The position numbers and the translations under genes were made by a program. DNA of 63,325 nt, counting the filler, from Octopus bimaculoides (Eukaryota): the NCBI RefSeq assembly GCF_001194135.2. It is 6 parts of 6 records of this genome, joined end to end, with 100 filler letters (N's around TTAATTAATTAA, not from the genome) between each part and the next. Parts side by side here need not be neighbours in the genome. Positions count along the whole stretch, not along the records: positions 1 to 13,371 come from NC_069009.1; 5 more parts are not named here. One strand, 5' to 3'. Below the pieces are notes generated by a model. It searched no databases. It was not told the origin of the DNA and was given only the letters and a program-made list of their open reading frames with translations. Below, piece by piece: positions 1 to 12,262 of the stretch (within the stretch, counting starts at the first letter, position 1; each line of letters begins with the position of its first letter).

Positions 1-168
1 ATATAGACAGACAGACACGACGGGCTTCTTTTTAGTTTCTGTCTCCCAAATCTACTCGCAAAGCTTTGCTCGGCTCGAGGCTACAGTTGAAGACACTTGC
101 CCGAGATGCCACGCAGAGGGACTGAACCCGGAACCATGTGGTTGGGAGCAAGCTTCTTATCACACTGC
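1..168 (-). mobile_element. SINE family B (tRNA-like head), partial copy at window edge
   Basis: Matches the ...gaagacacttgcccaaggtgccacgcagtgggactgaacccggaaccatgtggttgg... block seen again at 8639-9001 and 23537-23903. Confidence 0.8.
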
Positions 169-840
169 CGTAACAGTTATTAGCGAGGGATTATCAATCC
201 GGACATAATACTTTATAAGCTCCCTGTTAGTACACCAGGCTAACAATATTGTTTAACTTAGTAAAGGACTCCAAGTATTCCTGTGGCAGGGTCCGAGGTT
301 TTAGTTCATCATTCTATATTGTAAATCCATCGTTCTGCTTCAGTTATACTGGGGTTTTTTTGGAATGGGGGTGGGGGGTGGACAGAATTATATAAATAAT
401 GGTCATAACTTACTTTTCTTGCACCGGTTTCCAGGAGCCATTTTAGATTCATTATTGATAGGTTTACACAATTGATCGATTGTGAAAAATTGACCGATAT
501 TTATGTATATATGCATGTGTATATAAATTATATGTGTGAGTGTGTATTATAATGAGATTTTATATATGTATGTATATAGGTGTCTATTTACTTTTGAGAT
601 CTATGTGTATAATCACGGGCACGTGTGTGCACTACAATTTGAACCCGAAATCATGTGGTTATGAAACGAACTTATTCATCACACTGCTATAGCTTAGAGA
701 TCGTCTACGCCAGAGATATATTTATACGAGCAAAATATAATATATTTTTGTTGTTAACTGTATACGCCAAAAAGAAATCGTTCCTGATGAAGTATCTTTG
801 TCCGAAACTTCTCTCTGCAGCTAGCTCTGTGTGTGCGTGT

Positions 841-874
<34 letters not shown>

Positions 875-1091
875 TCTCATTTCATTCATTTTATTGTAGC
901 CATACTGGAGCAACTCCTTAAAGGTTTTCGTCGAGCAAATCGTCCCCAGTACTTATTTTCAAGTTTGGGGCTTATACTATCGATCCGTAAATCATTTGGA
1001 CATGAACAAACAACAACAGCAAAACACACCCAATTAGTCTCTTGCTTCTCGGTCTTTCACCTGTAGATGCACAGGAATTTCAAGCAACTTA

Positions 1092-1141
<50 letters not shown>

Positions 1142-1216
1142 GTATGTAATACCTGTCTACGTAAGTATCTAATGTACTATGTTTTTATAGAACCTCATAT
1201 CTACCATGCATCTATA

Positions 1217-1256
1217 TCTCTAATTATGCCTTCTCTTTTTCTCTTTCCAGGTAAGT
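1217..1256 (+). promoter_or_regulatory. Juxtaposed 3'/5' splice site (recursive-splice-like site)
   Basis: CTCTAAT branch-like motif (1217-1223), pyrimidine tract ttctctttttctctttcc, CAG at 1248-1250, then GTAAGT at 1251-1256. Confidence 0.5.
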
Positions 1257-1671
1257 GAATTCATCTCAATTTACACAACTAAATATGTAGACATATATAT
1301 TTGGTGCAGTTTGGTTTAATTGTATCACGACCGTCCAAGAAACAGTGAATATTGTCGTTCGAATCCTGCCGGTAGATATAAACATTTATTTTCCTGTCGA
1401 AGGCTTACTTTGTAAACTAATAATATACACCAATTTTGGCATTCGAATTAAATATCGAATGCGAAAGTCAGAAATCGAACACGTGCATCTTTTCCTTGCT
1501 CTCTTCTCTCATTTTTATCTTCATTTCTTTTCTTCCTTGTCTCTTCTAAGACTTTTATGAAGTATTTCTGACAAAAAACCACGTCTGAAACATTTTAGCC
1601 AATAACTTCTATCCTACTTTGTAACTTGTTACGTTTTGGAGGAGCCAAGCTAATAATCCTCTCTACTGGAG

Positions 1672-1846
1672 GCACAAGGCCTCAAATTTGTGAGGAGGGG
1701 ACTAGCCGATTACATCGACCCCAGTGATTCACTGGTACAAGGCAAAGTCGACCTTGGCGGAATTTGATCTCAGAACGTAGCGACGGGTGAAATACTGCTA
1801 AACATTTCGCCCAGCGCGCTAACGATTCTGCCAGCTCACCGCCTTT
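1672..1846 (-). mobile_element. SINE family A
   Basis: Reverse complement of the aaggcggtgagctggcagaatcgttagc...ttctgagttcaaattccgccgaggtcgactttgcc consensus shared by many copies in the window. Confidence 0.8.
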
Positions 1847-1908
1847 AGTCAAACTAATAATAATAACAGCATCCCTTGGAATTCGTTGTTGCTTTTGTTT
1901 TTGCATTT

Positions 1909-2258
1909 GATTATATCATTTAATGAACACAATATGAATATACGACCTACAAATAGTTTCTTACTTTGCTAGACACAGGTCTATGCAGATTTTTATAACA
2001 TGCCTTGTGTCTTCAAGCAGTCTCCGGGTTCTGAGCACATCGTGTATTCTGTTCGGTGCAAGAGAAATCTCGTTATCCTCGTCATTTCTCTTGTATCAGC
2101 ATCATGTTTAGTAGATTGAATAGACGATGTCTTCAGAACCCGAAGTTTGCTTGGAGAAACAAGACATGCTATAAAAACTTGCCTAGACCTGTGTCTCCAA
2201 AGCAAGAAACTATCCGTAGTTAGTATTTTTATACTGTGTACATTAAATGATATTTATC
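1909..2258. repeat. ~350-bp fold-back palindrome (long inverted repeat, MITE-like or hairpin-RNA-like)
   Basis: Left arm atatcatttaatgaacac...agacacaggtcta...caagcagtctccgggttctgag...acatcgtgtattc...tgcaagagaaat pairs with right arm atttctcttgta...gaatagacgatgt...ttcagaacccgaagtttgcttg...tagacctgtgtct...gtgtacattaaatgatat; loop ~2070-2083. Confidence 0.85.
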
Positions 2259-3345
2259 TCTCGCTGGATGGAGTGCATTTTTGGCGATTTTACCTTGACG
2301 GAACAGTAAACTATGTGTGTGCTTGTGTATATTTGTCATCATATATATAAATATATATATATATGTGTGTGTGTGTAATGTAATTTAGATTTAGTTGAAT
2401 TAGGTACTTAAATTGAGGTACCTTGTTAGGACTAACTTATTTGCACAGTCAAACAATATAAGGTGAGTATCAAACTCTACATAGAATTTTTTCCACCCGA
2501 TATTCATGTAGTGGATGCAAATGACACAATTCAACTTAGCGAATAAATCCGCTCTTGTTTGTTCAGACATATATTTCATATAAAGATACTTTCCAAATGC
2601 TTTCGAAGAGCAGATTCCAGGGTAGGTGAGTAATATATAAAGACACAAAGACAAACAAACAACGGGAAATGGAGCTAATGTTGAAATGAGAAATTGGTGC
2701 AGTATATGTGATCAGCTCTTCCAACGCCATTCAGGCTCAAGACTCATTTAAGATCTCGCACTAAGAAAGAACAGTTATTAATACAGTAAGAGGTCAAACT
2801 CTGCAAAGAGTAGACAGCCACTGTATATATATATATACGTATATATATANNNNNNNNNNNNNNNNNNNNNNNNNNNNNNNNNNNNNNNNNNNNNNNNNNN
2901 NNNNNNNNNNNNNNNNNNNNNNNNNNNNNNNNNNNNNNNNNNNNNNNNNNNNNNNNNNNNNNNNNNNNNNNNNNNNNNNNNNNNNNNNNNNNNNNNNNNN
3001 NNNNNNNNNNNNNNNNNNNNNNNNNNNNNNNNNNNNNNNNNNNNNNNNNNNNNNNNNNNNNNNNNNNNNACCACATCTGGTCCAGATGTGGCCTATTTCT
3101 AGCACATTAAATGTCCACTTTAGTGGTCAACGTTATATATATATATATATATATATACACCTGTTCATAGCGATCCGTATGAACAGTGATACCCCGTTGA
3201 CCAGCCCCTGATATTTAAAATAAAAGTGTTAACACTTTACGGTATGCAAATTAATAGCCCCAGTTTTGTTGTACCTACTGTAACTGTTGAGTATATAAAC
3301 AGATTGGTTGCTTGTTTCCCTGGTATTGTTCAAATTGGTGTAGAC

Positions 3346-3388
3346 GCCTCTGATGAGAGTCCAATAAGATTCGAAAATCGATTGAGAT
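3346..3388 (+). ncRNA. Degenerate minimal hammerhead ribozyme motif (Penelope-type)
   Basis: CTGATGA (3350-56), stem II GAGTC/GATTC, GAAA (3373-76), palindromic stem III AATCGATT; cleavage-site base is G and stem I is weak. Confidence 0.45.
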
Positions 3389-3894
3389 TGCTCAGCATTT
3401 TCTCACTCTGCGGAGAAACAGTTAAATCAGCCATGTTTAGAAATATACTATAGAGGCTATAGCAGGTGTGATTGGTAAGTGAGTCAGTTAATAGTCAAAA
3501 TAACATGAAAGCAATGTGTACAGTTAGAAGAGGGGGCAGGTATTTTAAGAGTCAGAAGACGAGAACTGTTGTGTACAACGGACACTGGAAACCTTTTGCC
3601 ATGTATGTGTGAAGTGAACGGTGTAGTGGGGTGCAGCTTGTGCCCCACATTGTGTCTAAATGATATAACGATACCGAGCGCCCTCTGGACTTCCCCTCAC
3701 TGACTCTGCGTTCAGGAGTGTCGATATGTTTGTTTATCTTTGTGTCTTTATAATGTGCATGTACGTGTGTGGAAGTATATGCAATGTATCTTGTGGATAC
3801 ATCAGCGAGTAACGCTTGGGTATATATATATATATAGATATACACATGTGTAGCGTATGATATATTTGCAATATGCGTATGTTTGTGTGTGTAT

Positions 3895-4190
3895 AATGCA
3901 AGTGGCTTAGTGGTTAGGGTCTTCTGTTGACGATCGTGAAGTCCTGAGTTCGATTCCCGACGGTGCATTGTGTCCTTGAGCAAGATGCTTTATTTCCCCT
4001 TGCTCCTGTCCATTCAGCTGGCAAAAGTGAGTTGAAGCTGTAATCGAAAGGCCTAGTCTTCTCACATTCTGTGTCACGCAAAATTTTCCCGAGAACTACG
4101 TGAGAGTATACGTGTCTCGAGAGTGCTCAGCCACTTGGCCGTTAATTTCACGAGGCGGGGGGTGGGGTGTTCCATTGATCGAGACGGAGC
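3895..4190 (+). mobile_element. tRNA-headed SINE, diverged (body related to family C)
   Basis: A/B-box-like agtggcttagtggttaggg...gagttcgattccc; body gagaactacg...gtgctcagccactt...gttaatttcacgag as in 24247-24632. Confidence 0.65.
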
Positions 4191-4497
4191 GCCACTGTTT
4201 TATACACACACACACACACACACACACACATTTGTGTGTGTAAATGAATAACAAAAAGTAGGATTTGCGTAATCATTTTCATTAACTTTCAGCTGTCTCT
4301 ACCATAAGAAGAATTACACTCAGAACTGAGCATTCTCCCGAAAGCTTCTTCGGGACCTTTTAATTCAAGCGCATTTAAATGCACGCCTAAATACATATAT
4401 GCGTGTGTCTGAAGTTCTATATATGTATTATTACACAAATTAATGTCAGATGCACACACTAAGCACATACAGTGCACTCAATGCGCATAGACATAGG

Positions 4498-4552
<55 letters not shown>

Positions 4553-4829
4553 GATCGATAACTATAACCATTTTAGTATGATCAAGAGACAGATAGGTGA
4601 TTACTCAAAACTCAAAATGGAGTGAAATCTTTTCTCATTAGAAGCCGAAACTTCACAAATCATTAGCTGGGCTTTCGCCTCTCCGATTTTCGGACGATTT
4701 GAGATAAATGGAACATAACACATCTTACATTGTAGACAATGTAGTAGTGGTGTTTTGAGTTCAATAACAACAATTATCGCTTTAAAGGCAAGCAACAGAT
4801 TCTGACCGGTTTGCATACATACACACTGA

Positions 4830-5160
4830 TGCACACTTATTTGCAACCACCACAGCCACTGAACAACCACTATCTTTGCCTACAACTACCACCAGTACCA
4901 CCCCCATCAACATCACTGTTATAATAAGAGCCACAACGTCACCGTCATCAAGAACAATAGCGATTAACAATTCATCAACAAACCCCAAGACCACGCCAAC
5001 CGCCATGTAAGCCACCATTTTTACAACACACCACTACCACTACCACCACCACTATCGCTACCGTCACCACGACCACCACTTCAGCTACTGTCACATCACT
5101 AACACCACGACCAACACCACTACACCAATACCACTGTCCACTATAATGCTTAATTACGAC
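4830..5160. repeat. Low-complexity (ACC/ACT/AAC)-rich tract
   Basis: Degenerate trinucleotide repeat, seen directly. Confidence 0.7.
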
Positions 5161-5269
5161 ATCTAAATTTTAACAACTATTTTCTATTTGATCTTCCAGT
5201 CTGTCTGTTTGTCTCCCCTGTCTGGTTGTGTGTGTGTGTGTGGCTATACTGTGTGTATATACACACATA

Positions 5270-5345
<76 letters not shown>

Positions 5346-5691
5346 TGCATGTATGAACGCACACACACACACATATGATAAACACTCGCATGTATATGTG
5401 TGTGTGTGTATTATATATACTCCATATTATAGATATATATTATGTATATCTATTATGTGTGTGTATGAGAGAGAGACAGAGAGAGACAGACAGACACACA
5501 GAGAGACAGACAGACAGAGAGAGAGAGATAGACTTGCTAAATAGCAATCAGTCTCAGATAAATTGCTTCAGAATGAAAGGGAATTCTATTTGCTGTCTTC
5601 TGTTTGTTGTGCGTCGGATAAATCGGGACAGATGAAATTATCTGAAGGATGTGTGTGTGCGCATATATATGTGCGTGTGTGTATATGTAGG

Positions 5692-5731
<40 letters not shown>

Positions 5732-5945
5732 TATATGAATATATATATATATACGCTCGTGTTACCAGGTGTGTGTATATTCTTGTGTGAGCAAGCGGAG
5801 ATTATCGATTTAAAGAAAATACGCATTTGCTTAAAGCACCAAGCGAAACGAGACCCTTGGTTTCCCCTCACCGCTCAGTGTACGATTTACTGACATCCAA
5901 CAAATAGGAAGTTCACAATTTGAAAAATAAAAGCACTAACATATG

Positions 5946-6013
<68 letters not shown>

Positions 6014-6193
6014 GTTTCAGTTTTAGGGGAAGGAGTTTTATTTTATCGGCTCGGAAAAGGCAAAATTCTCTTCCGTCAGATTTGAACTCGAAACGTATAC
6101 AAGCGAAATATCGCAGAGCATTTGTATCCGTTACCTAAATTCTGTTCTCTCGTCGTTCTATTCTTCTTCTTCTTCTTCGTCGTCGTCGTCGTC

Positions 6194-6252
<59 letters not shown>

Positions 6253-7074
6253 CCTTCTCTAGTATTGGCACAAGTCCTGATTTATTTTATTGGTGGGGGA
6301 TAATCGATTATATCGATCGCCTGGTACTTAGTTCACCGAACCCGAAAGGGGGTTAAGCTCTGGACGAAATGCTGCTAAGCATTTTATACGGTGTTCTAAT
6401 AACTTTGTCCTCCCGCTGCTTTCATAATAATAATTCTTTTCTAGTATTGGAACAAACCCTGAAATATCTAATGACTGAAACAAGTACAAGATAAAGATCT
6501 CTACATAATCTTAAATTTTGTAAGAATTTAAACAAATCAAAAAACTCTCTTTGAAATGTCTGGCAATACTAAATCCAAAAGGCATCATGAAGTTTTATGA
6601 GATGACGTTTTGTTTTCGACGAAATTCATCTTCAAATCCCAATTATTCCAAGTGTCAGGAATTCCTTACTTTAGTGAATACATCGTGCGTGTGTTTCTGA
6701 ATTAAGAATGTTGAATTCAGCAGGAAAAATGACTGTAAAATTATTTTGCATATAATTGCTCAGTGTATCAGAGTATCTCGCAGAATCTTAGGGTTTCAGG
6801 AAAATCCCCTTTGGGGAACATCGTGTTGAGTGTTGCGATCTGAAGTTCCATAGTTAAGGGCCTTATTTGAAGAATGAAAAACTGGCGAAAATTTTAAATA
6901 TATGCGTGTAGTTATATAAGCGCAGGCACGGTTGTGTGCTAAGCAGTTCGCTTTGCAACCATGTGATTTTGGGTTCAGTCCTACTGGGGAAAATCTGTGA
7001 GCGAATTTGATTAGAAGAAACAATACAAAAGTCGATTATATAAAGGTAATTGGTGTACGTGCATATTTCAGCAC

Positions 7075-7555
7075 CCATCCAAGCCATTAACCCTCCACGA
7101 ACACATTGCTTAAATAGTAACCAAATTTAGCGAATTAACGCGATTGGCTGTACCAATTTTACATATTAAACACATTCCTGCCATTTGGTAGGTAAATAAA
7201 ATTGTTGGTAGGGACAGTGCATTTCGTTATGCCACCAAGTATATCGAAGTCAATATTGTGTCCTACCTGTGTTAGCAGTGCAATTAAATCACTATTTTAA
7301 GGATTTTTTTCTATTGATTTGCTACAGGAATTAGAGCCAGCACTATAAGTTACGACGTTACGTACACGAATACATTTATGTAAACAATTCAGTCGAAGAT
7401 AGAAATACATGTAATGGGTGTAAATGAATACTTCAGAAGATTTCTCCATCTTCTGCACCACATCCAACGCATTAACCATCCATGAACGCATTGCTTAAAC
7501 AGCCACCAAATCTAGCCGTGTAACACAACTGCGTATACCAACTGTACATTTTAGA
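7075..7555 (+). repeat. Two diverged ~95-bp direct repeats (7075-7170 and 7459-7555)
   Basis: catccaagccattaaccctccacgaacacattgcttaaatagtaaccaaatttagc versus catccaacgcattaaccatccatgaacgcattgcttaaacagccaccaaatctagc. Confidence 0.65.
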
Positions 7556-7579
7556 GAATGTATAATGGAGTCTAATTTG

Positions 7580-7770
7580 GGCACAAGACCCTATATTGTG
7601 AGAGGGGTTGCTAGTCGATTCCGTGGACCCAAGTATATATGTATATCATCGACCCGGAAAGGATACAAAGCTAAGTCGACTTTGGCAGAATTTGAACTCG
7701 GAAAGTTAATGAGTTGGAGCAAATAACACGAAAGGCCTTTCGATATTCTGCCCGCTACCACCCCTAACCC
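7580..7770 (-). mobile_element. SINE family A, diverged
   Basis: gggcacaagacc...tcgacccggaaaggatacaaagctaagtcgactttggcagaatttgaactc. Confidence 0.7.
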
Positions 7771-8139
7771 TTGAGATGGAATAATTATAGTTTCAAATGT
7801 CAAGAAAGTCGATTTTTCTGGAAATGGAAATTAATAAATTAAATCAACTTTAAAAGGTAAACCGATACGAAACAGTTTAAATATAAACGAAGTAAATTGT
7901 TGAAACAAATAAAAGAAATGAATAGAAAACCAGAGCGAATCTGATAGTTGGTTAGTGAATAACTTTAAAAACACATCATACATACGTAGTGACATCGGAA
8001 TAGCTATATTATTATGGACAGAAGAACCCAATATTACGATATACACACACACATATATAAATGCTTGTGTGTGTATGCGCGCGTGCGCCTCTATAACTGT
8101 GTGTGTATGTGTGTGTGTGTGTGTGTACTGATATCTATT

Positions 8140-8348
8140 AACGATTTCAAATTTTGGTAGAAGTCCAGTAGTCTCCGGAGGCGGGGTAAGTCAATTACAT
8201 CGACCCCAGTGTTCTTATTTTATCGACCTCGAGAGGATGAAAAGCAAAGTCGACCTCGGCGGAATTTGAACTCAAACCACAAAGACTGACAAAATGCCGC
8301 CAAGCATCTTGCCCAGCGTGCTAACGATTCTGCCAGCTCGCCGCCTTG
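8140..8348 (-). mobile_element. SINE family A
   Basis: tcgaccccagtg...aggatgaaaagcaaagtcgacctcggcggaatttgaactc...gctaacgattctgccagctcgccgcctt. Confidence 0.8.
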
Positions 8349-8638
8349 ACGATTTTTATTATTCCCATTCTAAAAGACAATGCACGAATTGTGTGTGTCT
8401 GTTTGATATAAAATTCTGTCACCCTCGTCTTACGCTAATTCACCGCGTAAGCGAGCTCACATCTGTATACCTTACATAGACACCCTCTTACATCAATAAA
8501 CTTGAATATCCCCAATTTAAGTAAATCGCCACCCTATTACGTTCCTACACAATTATCATTCATTCTCATGTTGGTGCACAAATGTATAAAATGTTTAATG
8601 TTTGTGCGTGTATATAATATATATATGTATGTATTTAT

Positions 8639-9001
8639 TCTTTTACTTGTTTCAGTCATTTGACTGCGGCCATGCTGGAGCACCGCCTTTAGTCGAACAA
8701 ATCGACCCCAGGACTTATTCTTTGTAAGCCTAGTACTTATTCTATCGGTCTATTTTGCCGAACCGCTAAATTATGGGGACGTAAATGCACCAACATCGGT
8801 TGACAAGCGATGGTGGGGGAGCAAACACAGACACACACACACACACACACACACACATTCGACAGGCTTCTTTCAAACAAGGGTTTGGTCGGCCAGAGGC
8901 TATAGTAGAAGATACTTGCCCAAGATGCCACGCAGTGGGACTGAACCCGAGACCATGTGGTTGGTAAGCAAGCTACTTACCACACAGCCACTCCTACGCC
9001 T
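8639..9001 (-). mobile_element. SINE family B, near full length
   Basis: cttttacttgtttcagtcatttgactgcggcc...cacacagccactcctacgcct, closely similar to 23537-23903. Confidence 0.85.
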
Positions 9002-9258
9002 ANNNNNNNNNNNNNNNNNNNNNNNNNNNNNNNNNNNNNNNNNNNNNNNNNNNNNNNNNNNNNNNNNNNNNNNNNNNNNNNNNNNNNNNNNNNNNNNNNN
9101 NNNNNNNNNNNNNNNNNNNNNNNNNNNNNNNNNNNNNNNNNNNNNNNNNNNNNNNNNNNNNNNNNNNNNNNNNNNNNNNNNNNNNNNNNNNNNNNNNNNN
9201 NNNNNNNNNNNNNNNNNNNNNNNNNNNNNNNNNNNNNNNNNNNNNNNNNNNNNNNNNN

Positions 9259-9640
9259 GATCAATACCACCAACTGTCCCCTCACGCACATCAACCTCAC
9301 AACAACAACAACAACGACAGTTGTCTTTTTTTTCTTTCTTTTCCATAATTTCCTTCTCTTCTTTTTTTATTCCATCTTTTTCTGTCTTCTGATTTCTTTG
9401 GTTTCCTCTTACCTTCTACCTCTACGTTTGCTAACATCTCCTCCTCCTTCTTCATCATCATCTTCTTTTTCTTCTTCTTCTTCTTCTTCTTCTTCTTCTT
9501 CTTCTGCCTCTTTTTCCTTTCATCTCTCCCTTCTTTCCTTTACTCATCTTCAACCCCTTGCACCGTTTTTATTTCCTCTTCCCTTCCTTGTCTCGTCCTC
9601 TTCATTCCTCTGTTTCCTTTTATCTATCCCCCCCCCCGTC

Positions 9641-9681
<41 letters not shown>

Positions 9682-9947
9682 GCTTGTCTCTTTTTTTCTC
9701 CCTTCTTTGTCATATTCACTCTTGTGCCTGTTGTAATCGTCCTCCTCCTCCGCTTCTTTTATTATCATTATTATTATTATTAGTAGTAGTAGTAGTAGTG
9801 GTGGTAGTAGTGGTGGTAGTAGTGGTGGTAGTAGTAGTAGTAGTAGTGGTAGTAGTGGTAGTAGTAGTAGTAGTGCTGTTCTGGTTGTTATTTTTCTTCA
9901 TCGTCTCCCATTGTGTTGCTTGCTGTTCCTTTTCTTCTTCCCCCTCC
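9259..9947. repeat. Polypyrimidine / (TTC)n / (TAG,GTG)n low-complexity block between gaps
   Basis: Seen directly; source of the poly-S/V/L ORFs in the ORF track. Confidence 0.8.
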
Positions 9948-11581
9948 NNNNNNNNNNNNNNNNNNNNNNNNNNNNNNNNNNNNNNNNNNNNNNNNNNNNN
10001 NNNNNNNNNNNNNNNNNNNNNNNNNNNNNNNNNNNNNNNNNNNNNNNNNNNNNNNNNNNNNNNNNNNNNNNNNNNNNNNNNNNNNNNNNNNNNNNNNNNN
10101 NNNNNNNNNNNNNNNNNNNNNNNNNNNNNNNNNNNNNNNNNNNNNNNNNNNNNNNNNNNNNNNNNNNNNNNNNNNNNNNNNNNNNNNNNNNNNNNNNNNN
10201 NNNNNNNNNNNNNNNNNNNNNNNNNNNNNNNNNNNNNNNNNNNNNNNNNNNNNNNNNNNNNNNNNNNNNNNNNNNNNNNNNNNNNNNNNNNNNNNNNNNN
10301 NNNNNNNNNNNNNNNNNNNNNNNNNNNNNNNNNNNNNNNNNNNNNNNNNNNNNNNNNNNNNNNNNNNNNNNNNNNNNNNNNNNNNNNNNNNNNNNNNNNN
10401 NNNNNNNNNNNNNNNNNNNNNNNNNNNNNNNNNNNNNNNNNNNNNNNNNNNNNNNNNNNNNNNNNNNNNNNNNNNNNNNNNNNNNNNNNNNNNNNNNNNN
10501 NNNNNNNNNNNNNNNNNNNNNNNNNNNNNNNNNNNNNNNNNNNNNNNNNNNNNNNNNNNNNNNNNNNNNNNNNNNNNNNNNNNNNNNNNNNNNNNNNNNN
10601 NNNNNNNNNNNNNNNNNNNNNNNNNNNNNNNNNNNNNNNNNNNNNNNNNNNNNNNNNNNNNNNNNNNNNNNNNNNNNNNNNNNNNNNNNNNNNNNNNNNN
10701 NNNNNNNNNNNNNNNNNNNNNNNNNNNNNNNNNNNNNNNNNNNNNNNNNNNNNNNNNNNNNNNNNNNNNNNNNNNNNNNNNNNNNNNNNNNNNNNNNNNN
10801 NNNGGTCGCAGGAGGGAGAAGAGCAGCATCGGATGCGTGCGATTAAGACGGTGGGGATCGTGGTGGGGGGCGGGGTCTTCTTAGAACTCTCGAAACCCCC
10901 AACCCTTTCCTGCGCTCGTCTTATCCCTAAATAAATAAATAAATAAATTGTAAATAAATTAGGGGGTCGGTGCTGTCGATGTAGGAATGGTGATGAGCAA
11001 GGGGACGCGGAGGAATGGGAAAAACGGGTAAGGGGTTAGGGTTTGAGAGCAGCTGTAGCAGCGGCGTGTATGTAGAGGAATCAGACATTGGAAGGGGATG
11101 GTCGTGGTGGTGTTGGTGCTGATAGTGGTTGTGGGATTTGCGTGGAGGAGGGTTGACGTTGATGGTGGTAATGGTTGTAATGGTAGCGGTGGTGGTGGTG
11201 GTGGTAGTAGTAGTAGTAGTGTTGATAATGGTGATGGCGGTGTTGGTACAGAGAGAGTTTCAAAGGAATTGTAGTTAAAATTCCCGTCTATTGCTGTATC
11301 GTCTGGTCGCGGCGGTGGTGAAACTAACAGTAGTAATAACAGCGGCGGAGACGTGATTATTCATTGGGTACTGGGTAAGGGCAGGTTAGGTAGGGGCCTG
11401 GAGTGTCAGGACGGACCATGTGATGGAATTTCGGTTATGTATATTATTAAGAGCAAAGGAATTTTAATTCATCATCTTCGTTTATCTCTGTCGAGTTTTC
11501 AGTCATTATTGCCCTCAACACGTGTTTTGGAGACCTTTTTTTTATGTAATCTGTCCTTTTAATGTTTCCTTCATTAATTAC

Positions 11582-12262
11582 CCTTGTGACAGATATCAGA
11601 AATCACTACTGACGCCCTCTTGAGAGCGATATAACCCTATTCTGTAGAATTGTATAACAGGAGTGGAATTGGTAGAGTTATTAGAGCGTCTGAAGAAATG
11701 CGTTGCGACATTTCTTTGCGTTCTCGGTTCAAATCCCGCCGAAGTTAACTTTGCTTTTCAACCTTTTGGGTCGATACAATGAAATAGTTATCAATTCCTG
11801 GGATCGGTTTAAAACAGATAATCGTGACGAATACCAGAAATCACCATTGTCGCCCTCTTGGGTGTATTGTGACCCCACTCAGCAGAATTGTATACAGGAG
11901 TTCAATTGGTAGAGATGCAGTGGCTCCCATTTCTTTTATCTATGGTCCCCTATTTTACTCGGATGGACTCCACCCCCGAGCCTTTCGATGTTTAAATAAA
12001 TCCTATTATATCTTTTTATTAAATATTATTAGGAATTGCTTAAACATTTTGTGTACTGTAGAAGTATAACCAATTTTATTGCAGATAAATTTTAACAACG
12101 AAATCTTATATGAACCCCCAAGAGCCATATGGACTCCGGTTGAGAACCCCTGCATTAGGGCGTCAGACGAAATGCGTTCCGGCATTTCTTTGCATTCTCG
12201 GATCAAATCCCGCCGAAGTCGACTTTGCTTCTTATCTGTTCTGTTCGATACAACAAAACATT
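11582..12262 (+). repeat. Tandem duplication of a ~240-bp unit (unique sequence plus SINE A fragment); second copy interrupted by a MITE
   Basis: gtgacagatatcagaaatcac...aattgtatacaggag...aattggtagag at ~11585 and ~11824; SINE part at 11680-11800 and 12155-12262. Confidence 0.7.
11918..12152. mobile_element. hAT-like MITE
   Basis: Termini cagtggctccca... and ...ggttgagaacccctg (reverse complement CAGGGGTTCTCAACC, typical of Charlie/Buster-type hAT TIRs); absent from the first copy of the tandem unit; no clear TSD. Confidence 0.55.

Noticed and set aside
783-810. CTGATGA...CCGAAAC hammerhead-like core
   Set aside because: Stem II does not pair (agtatctttgtcc) and no stem I/III can be formed; at most a dead remnant
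9558-10934. Very long ORFs in the track (also at 47729, 56922, 46714, 2744)
   Set aside because: They run through N gaps and microsatellites
10804-11100. G-rich tract with G-quadruplex potential
   Set aside because: Part of a low-complexity block beside an 856-N gap; no functional context
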